Shown piece after piece: positions 1 through 24,307 of a stretch of DNA of 64,000 nucleotides (the stretch's first letter is position 1; every line of letters begins with the position of its first letter). Position numbers and translations under genes: made by a program. The notes below the pieces were generated by a model. That model saw only the letters and a program-made list of their open reading frames with translations. It searched no databases and was not told where the DNA came from. Origin of the DNA: Hormiphora californensis (Eukaryota; Animalia; Ctenophora); the NCBI GenBank assembly GCA_020137815.1, contig CM035357.1, forward strand, positions 6,820,001 to 6,884,000, given 5' to 3'.

Positions 1-327
1 ACATACACAGCAGACTAAGTTGATTAATTACTTTTAATGAAACAACAGCCTGAGTTAATTATTTATTTTGAAACACTATCCCACAGATTGAGGGAAGTAT
101 CGCCTCTAAGAGTGATAAAATTAGACAAAATGATCGATTACTTAGCATCAACGGGGTATCTCTTATTAACGTGTCACAACAAAATGCAGCAGACATAATA
201 AAGGTAATTAATTAATTAGCAAATATGAGTTTGTCTAAAAAAGACTCCTCTCTGCACCGTTGAGTAGTGTACAGACATGAGTAAATTCATTCCTTACATA
301 TGAAAAGTTCACCTCCCTTCCCTCCAG

Positions 328-2822
328 AGACAGACGGGCATGATAAAGTTCCTGGTACAACGAAACATTTGCCCCTCGGACGGCTGCAAGCTCCTCTCAC
401 CCTACCTGACCTCTTTGGTATCCTTTAAACCTGCCCTGATACAGCTGGAAACCTCTCTCCACACTACCACTGCGACCCTGACCTTTGAAGCAGTAAGTTT
501 AGCTAAACAATATCTGGTTTACTGCCCTTTAGTTGCTAATATCATGAATATAATCTTGTGCTTACCACCATTGTCTAACATGTCTCCAATATGTCTCTAA
601 CATATCTCTAACATGTCTCTCTAACATGTTTCAACTCCCAACACAGGATGCCCACGACCTGTTAGGTTTCTCTGTTGCGGGTGGTATGGGCAGTATTCTG
701 GGTGATATTCCTGTTTTTGTAATTCATGTTAACGAGAATTCAAATGCTCACACTGCTGGAGTCAAGGTGAGTGTTTTAATATAGTGGCATCTTCATCTTT
801 CCATCTGACCATCTCCCCTATAATTTCACACCGCATTTTATTTCTGTGAGGGCTCGGTAGATCAAAAATTTCTCTGTTCTGTTTCCAATCTCCTCGATTT
901 CTCTGTGTTTCACCACTCACAATATACCTCTCTCTCTCCCAGGTAGGTGATATGATACTACGAATCAACACCCAGTCAATACAGGAACAGTCAACACAGA
1001 GTGTCCTAGCGCTGCTTAAAAACCTAAACGCAGACCAACTTACCCTCAAGGTGAGTAGTTACCATGACAACTTTAGTTAGTTACCATGGCAACTTAAGGG
1101 TACGCTAACCAAAAATTTTTTTCGAGTGCAGGGTAATCTCTCACCGTAGGGTTGTAGGCCATGCCAAGGAGACCTCAAATACGCAATTTGAGCTCTCAAG
1201 TCGAATTCATATTTTTGCTACAGCTGCTTGAAAAATGAACTGAAAATAAGTTTTTGGCACCTCAAAAAAATTTTTTTAAAGATAGGAGCATGAAAATTTG
1301 GGGATTTGAAGAGGACATAAAGGTGAATAACCACAAAAAATTTTTATGCAATCCGAGCTGATTTCCGGTCCTGAGATGGATTTCTTTTTTTCCACTTTAA
1401 CGCCCTATTTGGCAAAGTTCCGAAAACATGTGAAAGCTGTAAATTGGTGAAAAGTTGCGTCTAACGATTATCTAAGTGGCCATAAATTTTGGGCGCGTCC
1501 TTATTTGAGATAAGCTGTACAGAGTTTTTTTTGTGAAAGCCGTCATTTCAGAAATAAATAAATTCTCTGTATCTCAAAAACGGCTGATCGTAGAGACCTG
1601 AGACTATGCTTAAACGACTCAGAAGGTCCGATTTTGGGGGGGTCTTCTGAGAGACATTTTGCTCCTACTTCAACCGTTTTTGCTGTAATTGCGAAAAACA
1701 AATTCTGTGAAAAGGGCAAAAGCTAAACTCCAATATCCTGCAATTAGGGAATTTTAGCTAAGAAAGGACCGAAACTATGGAAAAATGTGTAACAAGCTAA
1801 TTCCTTCACTATTTGGTCCATATGGGTCCTTATAATCACCAAAAACAAAATCACAAAAAATCCACGATGGCGAAGATGGGTTTTTGTTTTTCGCAATTAC
1901 AGCAAAAACGGTTGAAGTAGGAGCAAAATGTCTCTCAGAAGACCCCCCCAAAATCGGACCTTCTGAATCGTTTAAGCATAGTCTCAGGTCTCTACGATCA
2001 GCCGTTTTTGAGATACAGAGAATTTATTTATTTCTGAAATGACGGCTTTCACAAAAAAAACTCTGTACAGCTTATCTCAAATAAGGACACGCCCAAAATT
2101 TATGGCCACTTAGATAATCGTTAGACGCAACTTTTCACCAATTTACAGCTTTCACATGTTTTCGGAACTTTGCCAAATAGGGCGTTAAAGTGGAAAAAAA
2201 GAAATCCATCTCAGGACCGGAAATCAGCTCGGATTGCAAAAAAAATTTTTGTGGTTATTCACCTTTATGTCCTCTTCAAATCCCTAAATTTTCATGCTCC
2301 TATCTTTAAAAAAAAATTTTTGAGGTGCCAAAAACGTATTTACAGGACATTTTTTAAACAGCTGTAGCAAAAATATGAATTCGACTTAAGGGCTAAAATT
2401 GCATATTTGAGGTCTCCTTGGCATGGCCTACAACCCTACGGTGAGAGATTTCCCTGCACTCGAAAAAAAATTTTGGTTAGCGTACCCTTAAATACCTACA
2501 AATTATTATTTGGCTACCGCACACCACAACTCTTTTCACTACCAACACTGGACCCCTAATTTACACTGTAAAACACATGACGGTATAGGGTGTGTAATAC
2601 AGTAATAGTCTTGTGACCCAGTATGTAGTTCACACAGTTGTAGTTACTGCGGGGCTACTATCCCTGGCAGGTGCATCTTTATAACACGATTCTCCCTTTC
2701 TCTCTATGCTGTGTTTATCTACTACAGTCTACAGAACCACTTTGCACCTGACTTAGCTGGGGAGAGAGTTTGGGCATCTATCCAGCACTATCTCTCTCAC
2801 TCCATCTCTCTCTCTCTCTCAC

Positions 2823-2901
<79 letters not shown>

Positions 2902-3814
2902 CCCCTCTCTCTCCCCTCTCCAATAATAATAATGTCACCACATTTTCACAACACACCCACTCTCAGAACAAGAAAATGTTCTCCAGCGGTGCGCGGTGTA
3001 CGTAGCGCGCGAGGACAACATTATGACAAAAGTCCATGTCTTCCATTGCTCCACTACTTACACACTTGCAATACACCCCCATCATATGACTGAAGCAGCC
3101 CTGTCAAGTGTCACTTTCTGGACTGTCTGATGTCGAAACCCCCCCTTCGTTACAGGTACAGAGGATTGAATTGGATAACCCTGTTAATACACAATTCTGC
3201 AGTGATTGGCCCTTCAATCTTCCATCAAAAGGGTAACGTATTCAAACTCAGAACTTTCTAGACATCCTTGTGCTGTATGAACAATACAAAGACATCCTTA
3301 TTCTAAATACCCATACACCCCGTTTTCCTAACCCACTCTCTCACCTCTCTCTCCCTCAGATTTGGTAAACTAACAACAGTCCGTATTTCCCGACCCGATG
3401 CGGCAGCTAGCCTGGGATTCCGTATTGTAGGAGGAGAGGGATCACCCCAGGGGGATCTACCGATTGTTATTAAGAGTATCTCTAGCAGATCTCTAGCTAG
3501 CAAGTTAGTTCCATCTAAATTCCGATATTTTAACTCTAGACCATTATACCTCAACCCCAGTCCCCTATTTAACACCCACCCTTTCATTCAGATCAGCACT
3601 AAGGCCTGGTGATCACGTGTTAGCCTGTAATGGTTCCACTCTGATCAATACGAGTCACGAGACGGCAGCTCAACTGATAAAAAACACGCGGGGTGATGTT
3701 AAATTAACAGTGATTAGCTGGCCCCATGTCGACACACACGGACACAACAAGAAACCTGCCCGTCACAGGTCAATGGACAATCTGCTGGCACGGGACCAGG
3801 AAGCGGACAGTTGA
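328..3814 (+). CDS. Multi-PDZ scaffold protein (MPDZ/PATJ- or LNX-like), 3' part: last two PDZ domains; 5' end lies outside the window
   Basis: GT-AG exons 328-492 (less certain), 647-766, 943-1050, 3156-3232, 3360-3503, 3592-3814 join in frame. PDZ 1: LLGFSVAGGMGSILGDIPVFVIHV..GVK/VGDMILRIN. PDZ 2: SLGFRIVGGEGSPQGDLPIVIKSI..LRPGDHVLACNG..SHETAAQLIKN. The GGxGSxxGD(I/L)P pattern resembles the terminal PDZ pair of MPDZ/PATJ. Confidence 0.85.
1098..2487. mobile_element. Non-autonomous foldback DNA transposon, Kolobok/T2-like, in a PDZ-gene intron
   Basis: TTAA at 1094-1097 and 2488-2491. Termini GGGTACGCTAACC...GGTTAGCGTACCC. Inverted arms of about 600 bp (1098-~1701, ~1885-2487) around a ~180-bp spacer; no transposase ORF. 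TTAA target plus purine-purine 5' end fits Kolobok rather than piggyBac. Confidence 0.9.
2780..2920. repeat. (CT)n microsatellite
   Basis: Direct reading. Similar CT/GA tracts at ~8656-8757, 22405-22443, 24255-24306, 25970-26040, 26460-26650, 31468-31597, 35500-35585, 54549-54641. Confidence 0.95.
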
Positions 3815-4854
3815 GGGATATGTTTTTTGTGAAATGATAGTTTGCGTTGGAGAATATGAGTAGACCAAGAGAGAGTTTATTTGTTTATTTGTTCTTTTCG
3901 ATCCGTTCAAAATATGTATAATTCGAAATGTGATTTGTTGGTTAGCAGTGGAACCAGAGTGTCCCTCTACAAATCCAGAATAATTTTATCTAATTGATCA
4001 GTTTAGGAAGTGAGTCTATTGTCCCCAGAGTTTCATTTATCAACTCGAGCCACCTTTTCCAAAGCTGATTTTCATTCAATTACTTTTTTCATTTGAAGTT
4101 ACATATTCAAGGACTTGTTTCGTTAAATGTGTTTTACCGAGAGAATGTTTTATCAAAACTGATATATATGCAGTTCTGATCGATACACGCCACACGGAGA
4201 GGTCAATATTTGCTTGTTTTTTGGTCTGGTTAATGAATTCAAAGCAGCTTTATTGTTACATGATATCAACTGGTTTATTAGATTTATTTCCAGTCTTTTC
4301 GGTGTACATTTTGAGTTTTCAAGATGTGATTTTTCTGTTATATCCCGTTATATAGAATGATCACAAGAGACATATTTTCAAACTATCGGACCATTGAGGG
4401 TGTGCAGGGTGTATTTTGTAAAATATATATTGTGTACAGTGTTCAGATTAACTTATATCCCAAATTAAAACCATGTATTTTGACTTTGCAAAGTGCTATG
4501 AGGTGACTGGGATTGGGTATTTCTAAGGTGGGGGCTCCGCCCCCCCCCTTTGGTCCAGGGGCACTTGCCAGTGCTATGATTAAAGAAATTGGTTAAATTC
4601 CAGAAAGAGAGAGGTACTACCAGCTACCTAGGCTGTTCTGGAAGTGGAAGCCTACTTCTAAGAATCTAATTGTTCGCTAATCGCTATTGTAACTAGACCC
4701 AGGTCTAAACTATTCTCCTCTACTTGCGCCAACGTTCTGTGAGGCCTCGTCATCCCATGATGGCGAACAGGTCCTATGAAGTATAGTGAAAATTGTGGTA
4801 GCTTAATTGATAGTAGTTGATACTATTATACCGTATACGAAGTTTTAGTTTGTG

Positions 4855-5861
4855 ATGCGACGTGTTGTTGCTGTGTTGTCTATCGGAGTGGGTCTACTCC
4901 TCCTACTGCACCTATCTCCCTACCACGACGTATCACTTGGTGTGGTTCTGGTTACCACGGCAACCAATGAACCATCCAACATATCACCACCAACCCAAGA
5001 GTGGCTGAGAGATCGTGTTGAAGAGGTCAGGACACGTCTCAACATCACATACACCCCTCCATCTAACTGGAATGGCACAAGGAGCTCACACACCTACCAC
5101 TATCCTAAGATAAAAGTAATCCTCACTGCCATTCCTAAATCAGGGTGTACTAACTGGATCCAGGCGATGAGGATTGCGGAGGGGCTCCAGAAGGGACCAC
5201 TAAAACGGAGCAAAGTGTGGATAATACATGGGGCTATGAACAGGCGGTTAGTGAATCTCTCAGCTAAAGAGATGTCCACGCTGAACGAGTCTCTCTCCGT
5301 GGCTGTTATTAGAAACCCCTGGACTAGGATGGTATCGGGGTACTGTGACAAAATAGGACCAATGAGCGGGGATTCACCGGGCCAAACCTTTCCCGGGATC
5401 GCTCGAAATATTGTGGCTAGGGCGAGGAACATGACTATTGAACAGGCAGAAACTCAGAAACTCTATCCTACATTTCCTGAGTTCATCAAGTTTTATATTG
5501 CACGGTTACGGAACAAAGGAATACAGTGGACGTCCACTTCAAGCCGCAGTACCCGAACCTATTCCTCCAAAACGTTCAGTATGACTTCATAGTTCCCCTT
5601 GAACATTCCCCAGCCCTATACCCTGAAGTCATGAGACACATAAACACTAATTCATCAAGTGCCGCTCTCATGGGTTCATATGACGCTACCTCTGATCCAA
5701 GGGTCTCTACTACTACACTGAGAGCTAGGGAGTGGTTCGGTCAACTTGAACCTGACCTTATCGAGGAGTTGTACGGTATATTCCGTCCTGATTTTATCCT
5801 TGGGAATTATACAAACTTTACAGATCCTAACTTCCCATTGCCAGGCTTTCAGCTGGACTAA
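4855..5861 (+). CDS. Intronless Golgi carbohydrate sulfotransferase (Sulfotransfer_2 / CHST8-14-like); one frameshift near 5520
   Basis: N-terminal signal anchor VVAVLSIGVGLLLLLHL. 5'-PSB motif IPKSGCTNW, 3'-PB motif IRNPWTRMVSGY. DVHFKPQ and YDFIVPLE continue in the 5526-5861 frame; adding one A in GGAATAC restores a single ORF. Confidence 0.85.
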
Positions 5862-6486
5862 ATAGGTACTAGTAGTAGGTATATGTACTAGTAGTAGGTA
5901 TTGCAGTGTCATGTGTTATTGTCTTGATAAATCTAAAAGTGAAATTGAAAACTACCGATTTGCATTTGTGTAACACAATTGAATGAATTTTATAACAACT
6001 TAATTTGTAACTTAATTAGTAACTCGGCGACGGTAACTTACAAAAATAAAATCAACTTAGCAACACAACTTGAAAAAAGAGAAGAGTTCTGTCAAACAAC
6101 AAATCCACGGGGCAAGCTTCACATAAAATACAGTGTTCCAATAATAATTGTCAGGCCGCTCTCTATTTTAAAGAAATAAAAGTATTAATTTCTCCCTAAA
6201 TCGGGGTTAAAACGGTTCGGGGAATTGTTCCATACGCCCTTTATACTTGCCATGCTGTGCAGTCTGGATCGTTCGCGTGATGAATCGTGTGAGAACTGAC
6301 AGACTGGGAACATGTGTCTCCCCCAGTACGGATTCAGGGATATAATCCGGCCCGGAATATATCCCTGAAATTGTCAATGAGATTTGTCCGTGTCAATTTG
6401 CAACTGCAGTGTAACTTTATAATGAACAGGAGCTATAGAAGAGAGAGAGAGATCATGGTTCACTACTTCCAGATGCTATGAATCCC

Positions 6487-17553
<11,067 letters not shown>

Positions 17554-19916
17554 GATCTACTGCAGCTACCTGAACCCACTAGGAGGATTGGAGAAGGGGT
17601 TAATTGACAGTACAAATTAAAGTACCAATATCGTTACAGTGGCGTCCTATTGCCGAGCACTTGGCTGAAAATCTACGCAGTTTGAACACCAATAATTGGT
17701 GTTCAAACTGCGTTGGTGACCAATTCACAGTTAAGAAATCCAAACTTTTAACTTTCCGTAAAAATTGATTTAGCAGATCCGGATTACTTATCTGTAAGAA
17801 CCCCAAAGCCCAGAGGAGCAATTTTGTGTTTTGACTTTAGTGGAAAAAATAAAAATTTGGAAAAAAAACTCAAAAAAATAAAAATCAACAAATTAAATTA
17901 AAAATTAAAAATTTTTATGTAGCGTGTGCGCGCGCGAGGTATGTACGCGCAAATATATTACGCGCGGTAAGTTGCGCGATTTACACACCAAGGGACACAC
18001 CAAGAGACCTATTATCGAGCAAGCGCAAATTCAGTTTTAAGATTCTTATCAACAACGTTCAATAACAACCATCAGTTGTATATTTTAATTTCACATAATC
18101 CAGTTGATATCTGCAGAGAATTTAATTTCAGCCGCAAGTTCAACTTCATGCCGGTCTAAATCAGTCCTTTTGTCTCTTTTGCCATGTGTAATGTTAATTC
18201 TCATGTCGAGCTGCCACTACAATTGCATGTGATTCATTCACTGATTGTTTGAACTTCCAGAGCTGTTGACAAGGGCTGTCAAAAGTTGAAAGATCCCGGT
18301 CGTCGCGGCCACTGACCGTCTTTCAATAGTCGATAGAAAGTTGTGTTTGAAGTGTGCTTGTAAAGCTGTGGAGACATTAAATATAAGACAATCCAGTGTG
18401 CTACACAATAAAGTTAAGCTGTCGCATAATCGCTCCATCATAATGGAGCACGTTTTAGAGCGCATTTCTTCCTGTCGTCATGCTCTTGCAGTTTTCAATA
18501 GCTCACTATTCAGTCGGGGTAGTGTAACACAGTTTGCACTGCAGCAGCAGCAGGACATTATGTATTTGCATGTAACATGACCGTTAATGAATCACACACA
18601 ATAAAGGGTTGTGGGTTGCCATGGGGAAGGATCGCTACTAGGAGGGTGCATGATTTGGGAACACTCATATCATTATCTTCCTAGTGCTGCAACTTAGTAT
18701 GCTATTTTGGTGGGTATAGTTGTTGTTGTAGTTGGTACCGGTAAGGGATAATAACCCGGATGAATAATTAGACATCGACCTTCCAGTACCGCGGTACATC
18801 TTGGAAATGCAAATGGCAACGCGGTTATATTTGACACGCGAAGAAGGGGAACCAAATGACCAATGGCTCATATCATTGGGGTATATTTTTATTGACGGAT
18901 ATTCCAGTTCTGACGACCATGTGTTTGACACATGTCCATTGTCCCCACCATCTCTTTCTCTGTTTGACACATGCAGCCACCACGGTATACTGCTGCAATG
19001 ATCTTCACTCGACCATCCCTCTAGACGTGTACATGGTAAAACCTGACTCACTATGAGTCATTACATCTTGCGCATCGTTGGTAGTTTTGCTTGTTTACTA
19101 TCTACTCTCTCCCTCTCTTTCCCCTTCCCCTCCCTCTCTCTTTCTTTCTCTCTCTTTCTCTCTATCCCCCTTTCTCTCTATCTGCTTTACTCACCCCTGA
19201 GAGGTGTCTCTTGCGCCTCACATGCTCGATCTGTCTTTCAAGCTTTGACTCTACATCGCCAACAGGGCTGCAGCTTTGACGTGGTCCATTTGTTCTCTGT
19301 CCCTTATTCAGACCTCATTCACTCGGCCAGTGACTTCACTCACTTAGCCCCTTAGTCTTACGTACAAAGACTCTGTATTATAGTTCAAAGAGACCTCCCC
19401 TTCCTCTTAGTTGTTTCTAGACCTTTGTCGTCACGTTGCACGTTGGGGGGGGATGGTGACTAAACCACAACAAGAACGTGCTCCAGTCAGCGTGTGCCGG
19501 CCTAGTTTCACAGAGAGATAGAGACAAAACACTCTGGTATCTGTAGTTGTGTTTTAACTTGCTTATTGATATGAGTCTCTATCCTATCTCTATCTATCTC
19601 TATCCTGTTTCTCTGTCCTTCTCTCTATCGTTCTCCTGATTCTCTCTGTCGTTCTCTACACGTGACGTTGCTGCAGTACTTGGATATATCAATATCTACT
19701 TGAGCCGTGTATTGAGTCGTCTGCATATTTAAATGATACATTTAATTGTTAATATATCCCACCACTAACGTCTCTATCTAATATTTGCATAGTTCTAGTA
19801 CTACATTGTACATATTAGATTTCTATATTCATAGTTCCTCATTGTTTCACAGAGTTTGTTCGGGTAGGTTAGAAAAATTCTAACAATTCACTGTTCCCCT
19901 AGGTATTATAGGTGAA

Positions 19917-20878
19917 ATGGCGAGTGTAATTCGGAATAGTTTGACCTACTGTGATCCAGACTCCATAACTTTCAAAGATCTTCAATTTACCGACGGGGCC
20001 GTGTAGTTTTACATCTTATCATGGAGACACAGGAACAGAACCCTTTTTGTATCAAGAGTAAGTGATATGTTCAAACTCCGAGCTGATGATCGGGATTTCG
20101 ATTCTATGTACCAGCATTCTCGTTGCCCCTAGTAACCATATCTTCCCTTTCAGTGAGGATACCATGGTGTACTGAAGAGCCCAACCTGGCATGCTGGATG
20201 AGACCGAACTAGACCGTCTACAAAACGCCGGAAAGGCGCCCCTCCCTCCCACCCGCCCTCAACGAACTACATCAGGGAGGTTTCATGATGCAGAGATAAC
20301 TGCTGACTACCCCACTCTCTCTATGGATCTAGTATAGGGCCAACAAGTCAGCCACTCATAGGAAACAACTGATACAATCAGAACGAACGGTAAAGGGACG
20401 AAAACCTAAAATTCAGGACTCAGGAGACCGGACGGGCGGTATTTGGGGTAGCTGCATGCAGCGAATGTCAACATGAGACGGAGCGGCACAAATGTTGAAA
20501 TAAAGCAACACCAAATAAGACTGTTTAAAGTTACCAGAAATGACAGTGTTGCCATGGTTACCACTGATGAGACAACTACAACAGAAAGGGTGTTACCGGA
20601 ATTTATTGGATCACCAAGTAGACGTTATTGTAAAGCATGTGATCAGGCCGTCCCAAGACCAGGATCAGGCGGGTGAATCGGACAGACACTCTCTACCTTC
20701 GATTAACAGCGCTAAACAGAGAGTGTCAGAGAGGAGTGTCAGCGCCCGGTCTACCCCCTCTCAGGTTGTCCGGGTTGCCAAGGAATTCAAGGGGAAATTA
20801 CAGCATCACCTTGCACGAAGGGGCCAGGGAACTTCTTTAAAAAACTCCCCTGTGGGCTGGTTTATGGGACTAACTTGA
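19917..20878 (+). other. Possible low-complexity protein-coding region broken by several indels/stops (unknown gene or pseudogene)
   Basis: ATG at 19917 follows an acceptor (~19902) and a small upstream exon-like segment. Coding-like stretches switch frame (MLDETELDRLQNAGKAPLPPTRPQRTTSG; ORFs 20473-20676 and 20540-20878). AATAAA near 21008. No family recognised. Confidence 0.3.
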
Positions 20879-21531
20879 AGAGGAGACGGGCTAAGAGGGC
20901 AGTTGCAGTCACCTACTGTTCCTAGTGTTTCTGTTAATTTGTGTGTTCAGCCCACTTTTCTAGCTCTATAATAGTAGGATATATTTGTATGATTACTTTT
21001 TCTTTGTTAATAAATGAAAGATCATTGTTTTTAGTTTTTGACGTTGCTCATTGCTCAATATCAAATCCACTCTCTTTTTCGAGTTCATATTGTGAACTTC
21101 TCGAACATTCAGTCAACCAAAAAGTCGATTTTCTCACTTTTCACCTCGCCAACTCGTCAATAGAGTTGTTGGCATGCAGTGGTCAGGGGTATCAATATCA
21201 TGAATGTAACATATCGGAGGAATCCACACGCGACACTCCCGATAAGCATTGGACAGGATTCAGATACGTAATACCAGCTGGAGAGCTGGAGAGAGAGAAA
21301 GAGAGACTGGAAGGAGAGAAGGAGAGACTGGGGCTAGACCTTGTCCACTTCTATAGCTACTTTTGACAGATAAGAGATGACTGTTTGACACATGTATGTT
21401 TGGTTGTGTAGGCTTTACTTCCTGTTTAGACAGTTTTACCGATCGATCCTTGCTTTTTAGTTAACTCTCACTCTCACTACAGCAGTCAGATATGATAATC
21501 TAAACAGCTCTACTACTGCATCACTGAGACC

Positions 21532-21633
21532 ATGTCTGAGGACCAGCAGGCCACATCACTACAGGATGAGGTTAAGGCTGAGGTTAAGGTAAAGAAGAAG
21601 ACCTATGAGGGGTACAGATGGCACCCAGGAAAG
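21532..21633 (+). CDS. Candidate alternative first coding exon A of filamin
   Basis: ATG...AAG|GTAGG, 34 codons (MSEDQQATSLQDEVKAEVKVKKKTYEGYRWHPGK). The phase-0 donor fits the phase-0 acceptor at 36059. Confidence 0.45.
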
Positions 21634-22402
21634 GTAGGAAGCTTCATCTCCAAAATCTAATTATCAAAATCCAATTATGATTATCGAGATCTACTTTATG
21701 ATTATCTGAGCATATTCTTGCTTAGTACTTTGTTATGCAGAGGTCTACTGCAATGATACGCCCCGCTAAGTTTAATAACATGAGCTTGTTATGATATCTG
21801 ACATCATTCATGTTAGTATATGAGGGGGGGGGGGCTGTTGATATTATTAAACTTTGCATTACGTCACGACGTCATATGTGAAATAAATATTCCGGGTCTC
21901 GACATATGGGGAGGGGCATATGCCTATGGTGTCATTCGAACATGCCTTTTAAGGTTTGGTAGGGCTAGAGGGTGGAGGAAGTGGAGAGACAGAGAGTGAA
22001 ATGAGGGAGAGAAAAAGGCTGATAGAAAGGGAGAGCATGTGAGAGAGAGTGAGTGAGATAAAGGGAGAAAGGACACGAGTTTGAGGTCATAGATCAATCA
22101 TAACATGAGAAAGTTATGCGTGTGGTCTGCCTTATGTTTTAAAAACCAGTTCATTCATCACGTCTATTTTCAGTTTTCCAATAGCCATAACATATGGACC
22201 AGTTTGTTTTGTATTTGATTCTGATCCTCTATGAGAAATATTTTGCATAAACCAACTACTCACAATACCAAGCTGTCCCTATATTTCAATTGAATCATCC
22301 TATTACTCGGTGAGAGAAATATTAATAGATAGAGTGAGAGAGTGAGAAGAAGCAATGAGGGACCAAATAAATTGGTAGACCATTTTATGGCCCTAAAAAG
22401 AG

Positions 22403-22448
<46 letters not shown>

Positions 22449-24251
22449 GTAGAACACATTCAGCGAGGCATGACCATTAGAGGTAGGACATTATGAGACC
22501 CCCTTCTTGAATGTCACTGAATATTATTCATGATATGAGAATAGCTCCTTAAATAGAATATGAGATTGCTGCGAGGGGTGGGAGGATGAGAGCGAGGGGT
22601 TGTGCAAAAGGGGCGATGTTGCATTTTTCTTCTTCTGTTCTTTCTTGCTCGTAGTAGTAGTCATGGCAAGTATGATAAACAGCTCACCAGTACCCAGTTA
22701 GGTATATTTGTTAAATCCCGACTAAATTATGTTTCCCCACGGCCTTTGTTTTCTCCGAGCTAGGTCTGTGAACGTGATGACATTGCTTCAGTAAAAAGGT
22801 TTCACTATAAAGGATGGACCTTACAGCTGCTAATAGCTAGTTTTAGATTGAACCAGAAAATATTTAGCGTCCTGTAAACGGGTTCTTTTTAGAGTTGAGA
22901 GAGTGTTGATATTGCCATTAATTGAACTTGTCGATATCTTAACTATTATAGGACGTTTACTGTTTGACTAGGTGATGAGAACACTTTAACTGTCCAGTGC
23001 CAAACCCATGATCCCAAAGGGACATCCAAGAACCAACCAATATCCCGAAAGTTGGCATGTTTAGGTAGCGTCATGTTTTTCGCCCCTTCCTCTCACTTAC
23101 GTTCGTTCTCTCATGATGTTACCTCTCACCAAAAACAACAATGGGATATGTCTTAAAGCAGGAAGCCCGTACGACATCTCACTCCCTCCCTCTCTCGTTC
23201 ACTCCTTCTCTCTTCTAGCTCATTCTCTCTCCCTCTCTCCTAGCTACCTGATCTCCCTCTCTCCAAGCTCTCTCTCCTAGCTCTCTCTCCTAGCTCCCTC
23301 TCTCCACTCTCTTTTTTGTTTACACAGTTGAGGTTGGCGGAGGGATGAAAGAGGAAACGATATCCTATCATCAATTTGAAATTATGCATTGGCATCACAT
23401 GGCAATCAATGCTTCTCATACCATCGTGTGAAACATTATAGTCCAGTCCCATGCACGAGTGATATACGTTTGAGTGTGCCCGAATATGTCAAAACTTTCA
23501 AGTTTGCCAGTTGTCAGTTCGGTGGGGCCCTTTCTTTATCTTGCTTATTTTTGAATAATATTATGTTGGAATAATATTCAGATGATTTTCTCAGTAAATA
23601 TATGCACCCCAGAGAATCACTAACAGAGCTTCTTACTTAGTGATGGGGAAAGGGGCGGAAGTCGTGGTGAAAGCTTTACATGTGTGAACAGTGTGGGAAT
23701 ACATAATTATAACTGTGTACTGAGTACTACTTCCATTCTTTTTAGTCTCTAAGATCGCTCTTTCTCTCAGCTACTGCACTTTTCGCATTGACAATTATTG
23801 TCAATCATGTTATAGAATTGTGTACCTAACTCCTATATGAATTAGCGACGAAATCACTTTGATCCCCCCTTGATTATTCAAGGGAAAAAAGAAGCCTAAA
23901 TTACCCCCCCAGTTCCATGGGGACATTTTTCATGATTTTGGGCACAAAAGTGCAATTTCCCGGCACTTTTGTCCCAAAAAGATAATGCTGTACCTCACTT
24001 CGGAGTTCCTTTTCCTGAAATTTTAAAATCGCTCCATCATTGTTCTTCCTCATTGCATTCCCTGCATTTCTCCTCACACCGCAAAACGTGTCACACCTGG
24101 AGCAGGATGAGGGGTTATTGTTGTTTTTTGAATTTGGGGCTTTGGGTTTTCTCGAAGATTTTCCACCGCACCAAGTGCAGTGTTGGAATTATTAACAGAT
24201 TGTCAGATAATGGTTGAGTTTGAATTCAATGCGGATGATCATTTGTCGCGT

Positions 24252-24307
<56 letters not shown>

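Noticed and set aside
2170-2367. ORF MPNRALKWKK... repeated at 11266-11463
   Set aside because: Lies within the TIR arm, starts at TTG and has no transposase features; the repetition just reflects the element copies.
1094-2491. piggyBac assignment for the TTAA elements
   Set aside because: piggyBac ends begin with pyrimidines (CCC/CAC); these begin GG or AG.
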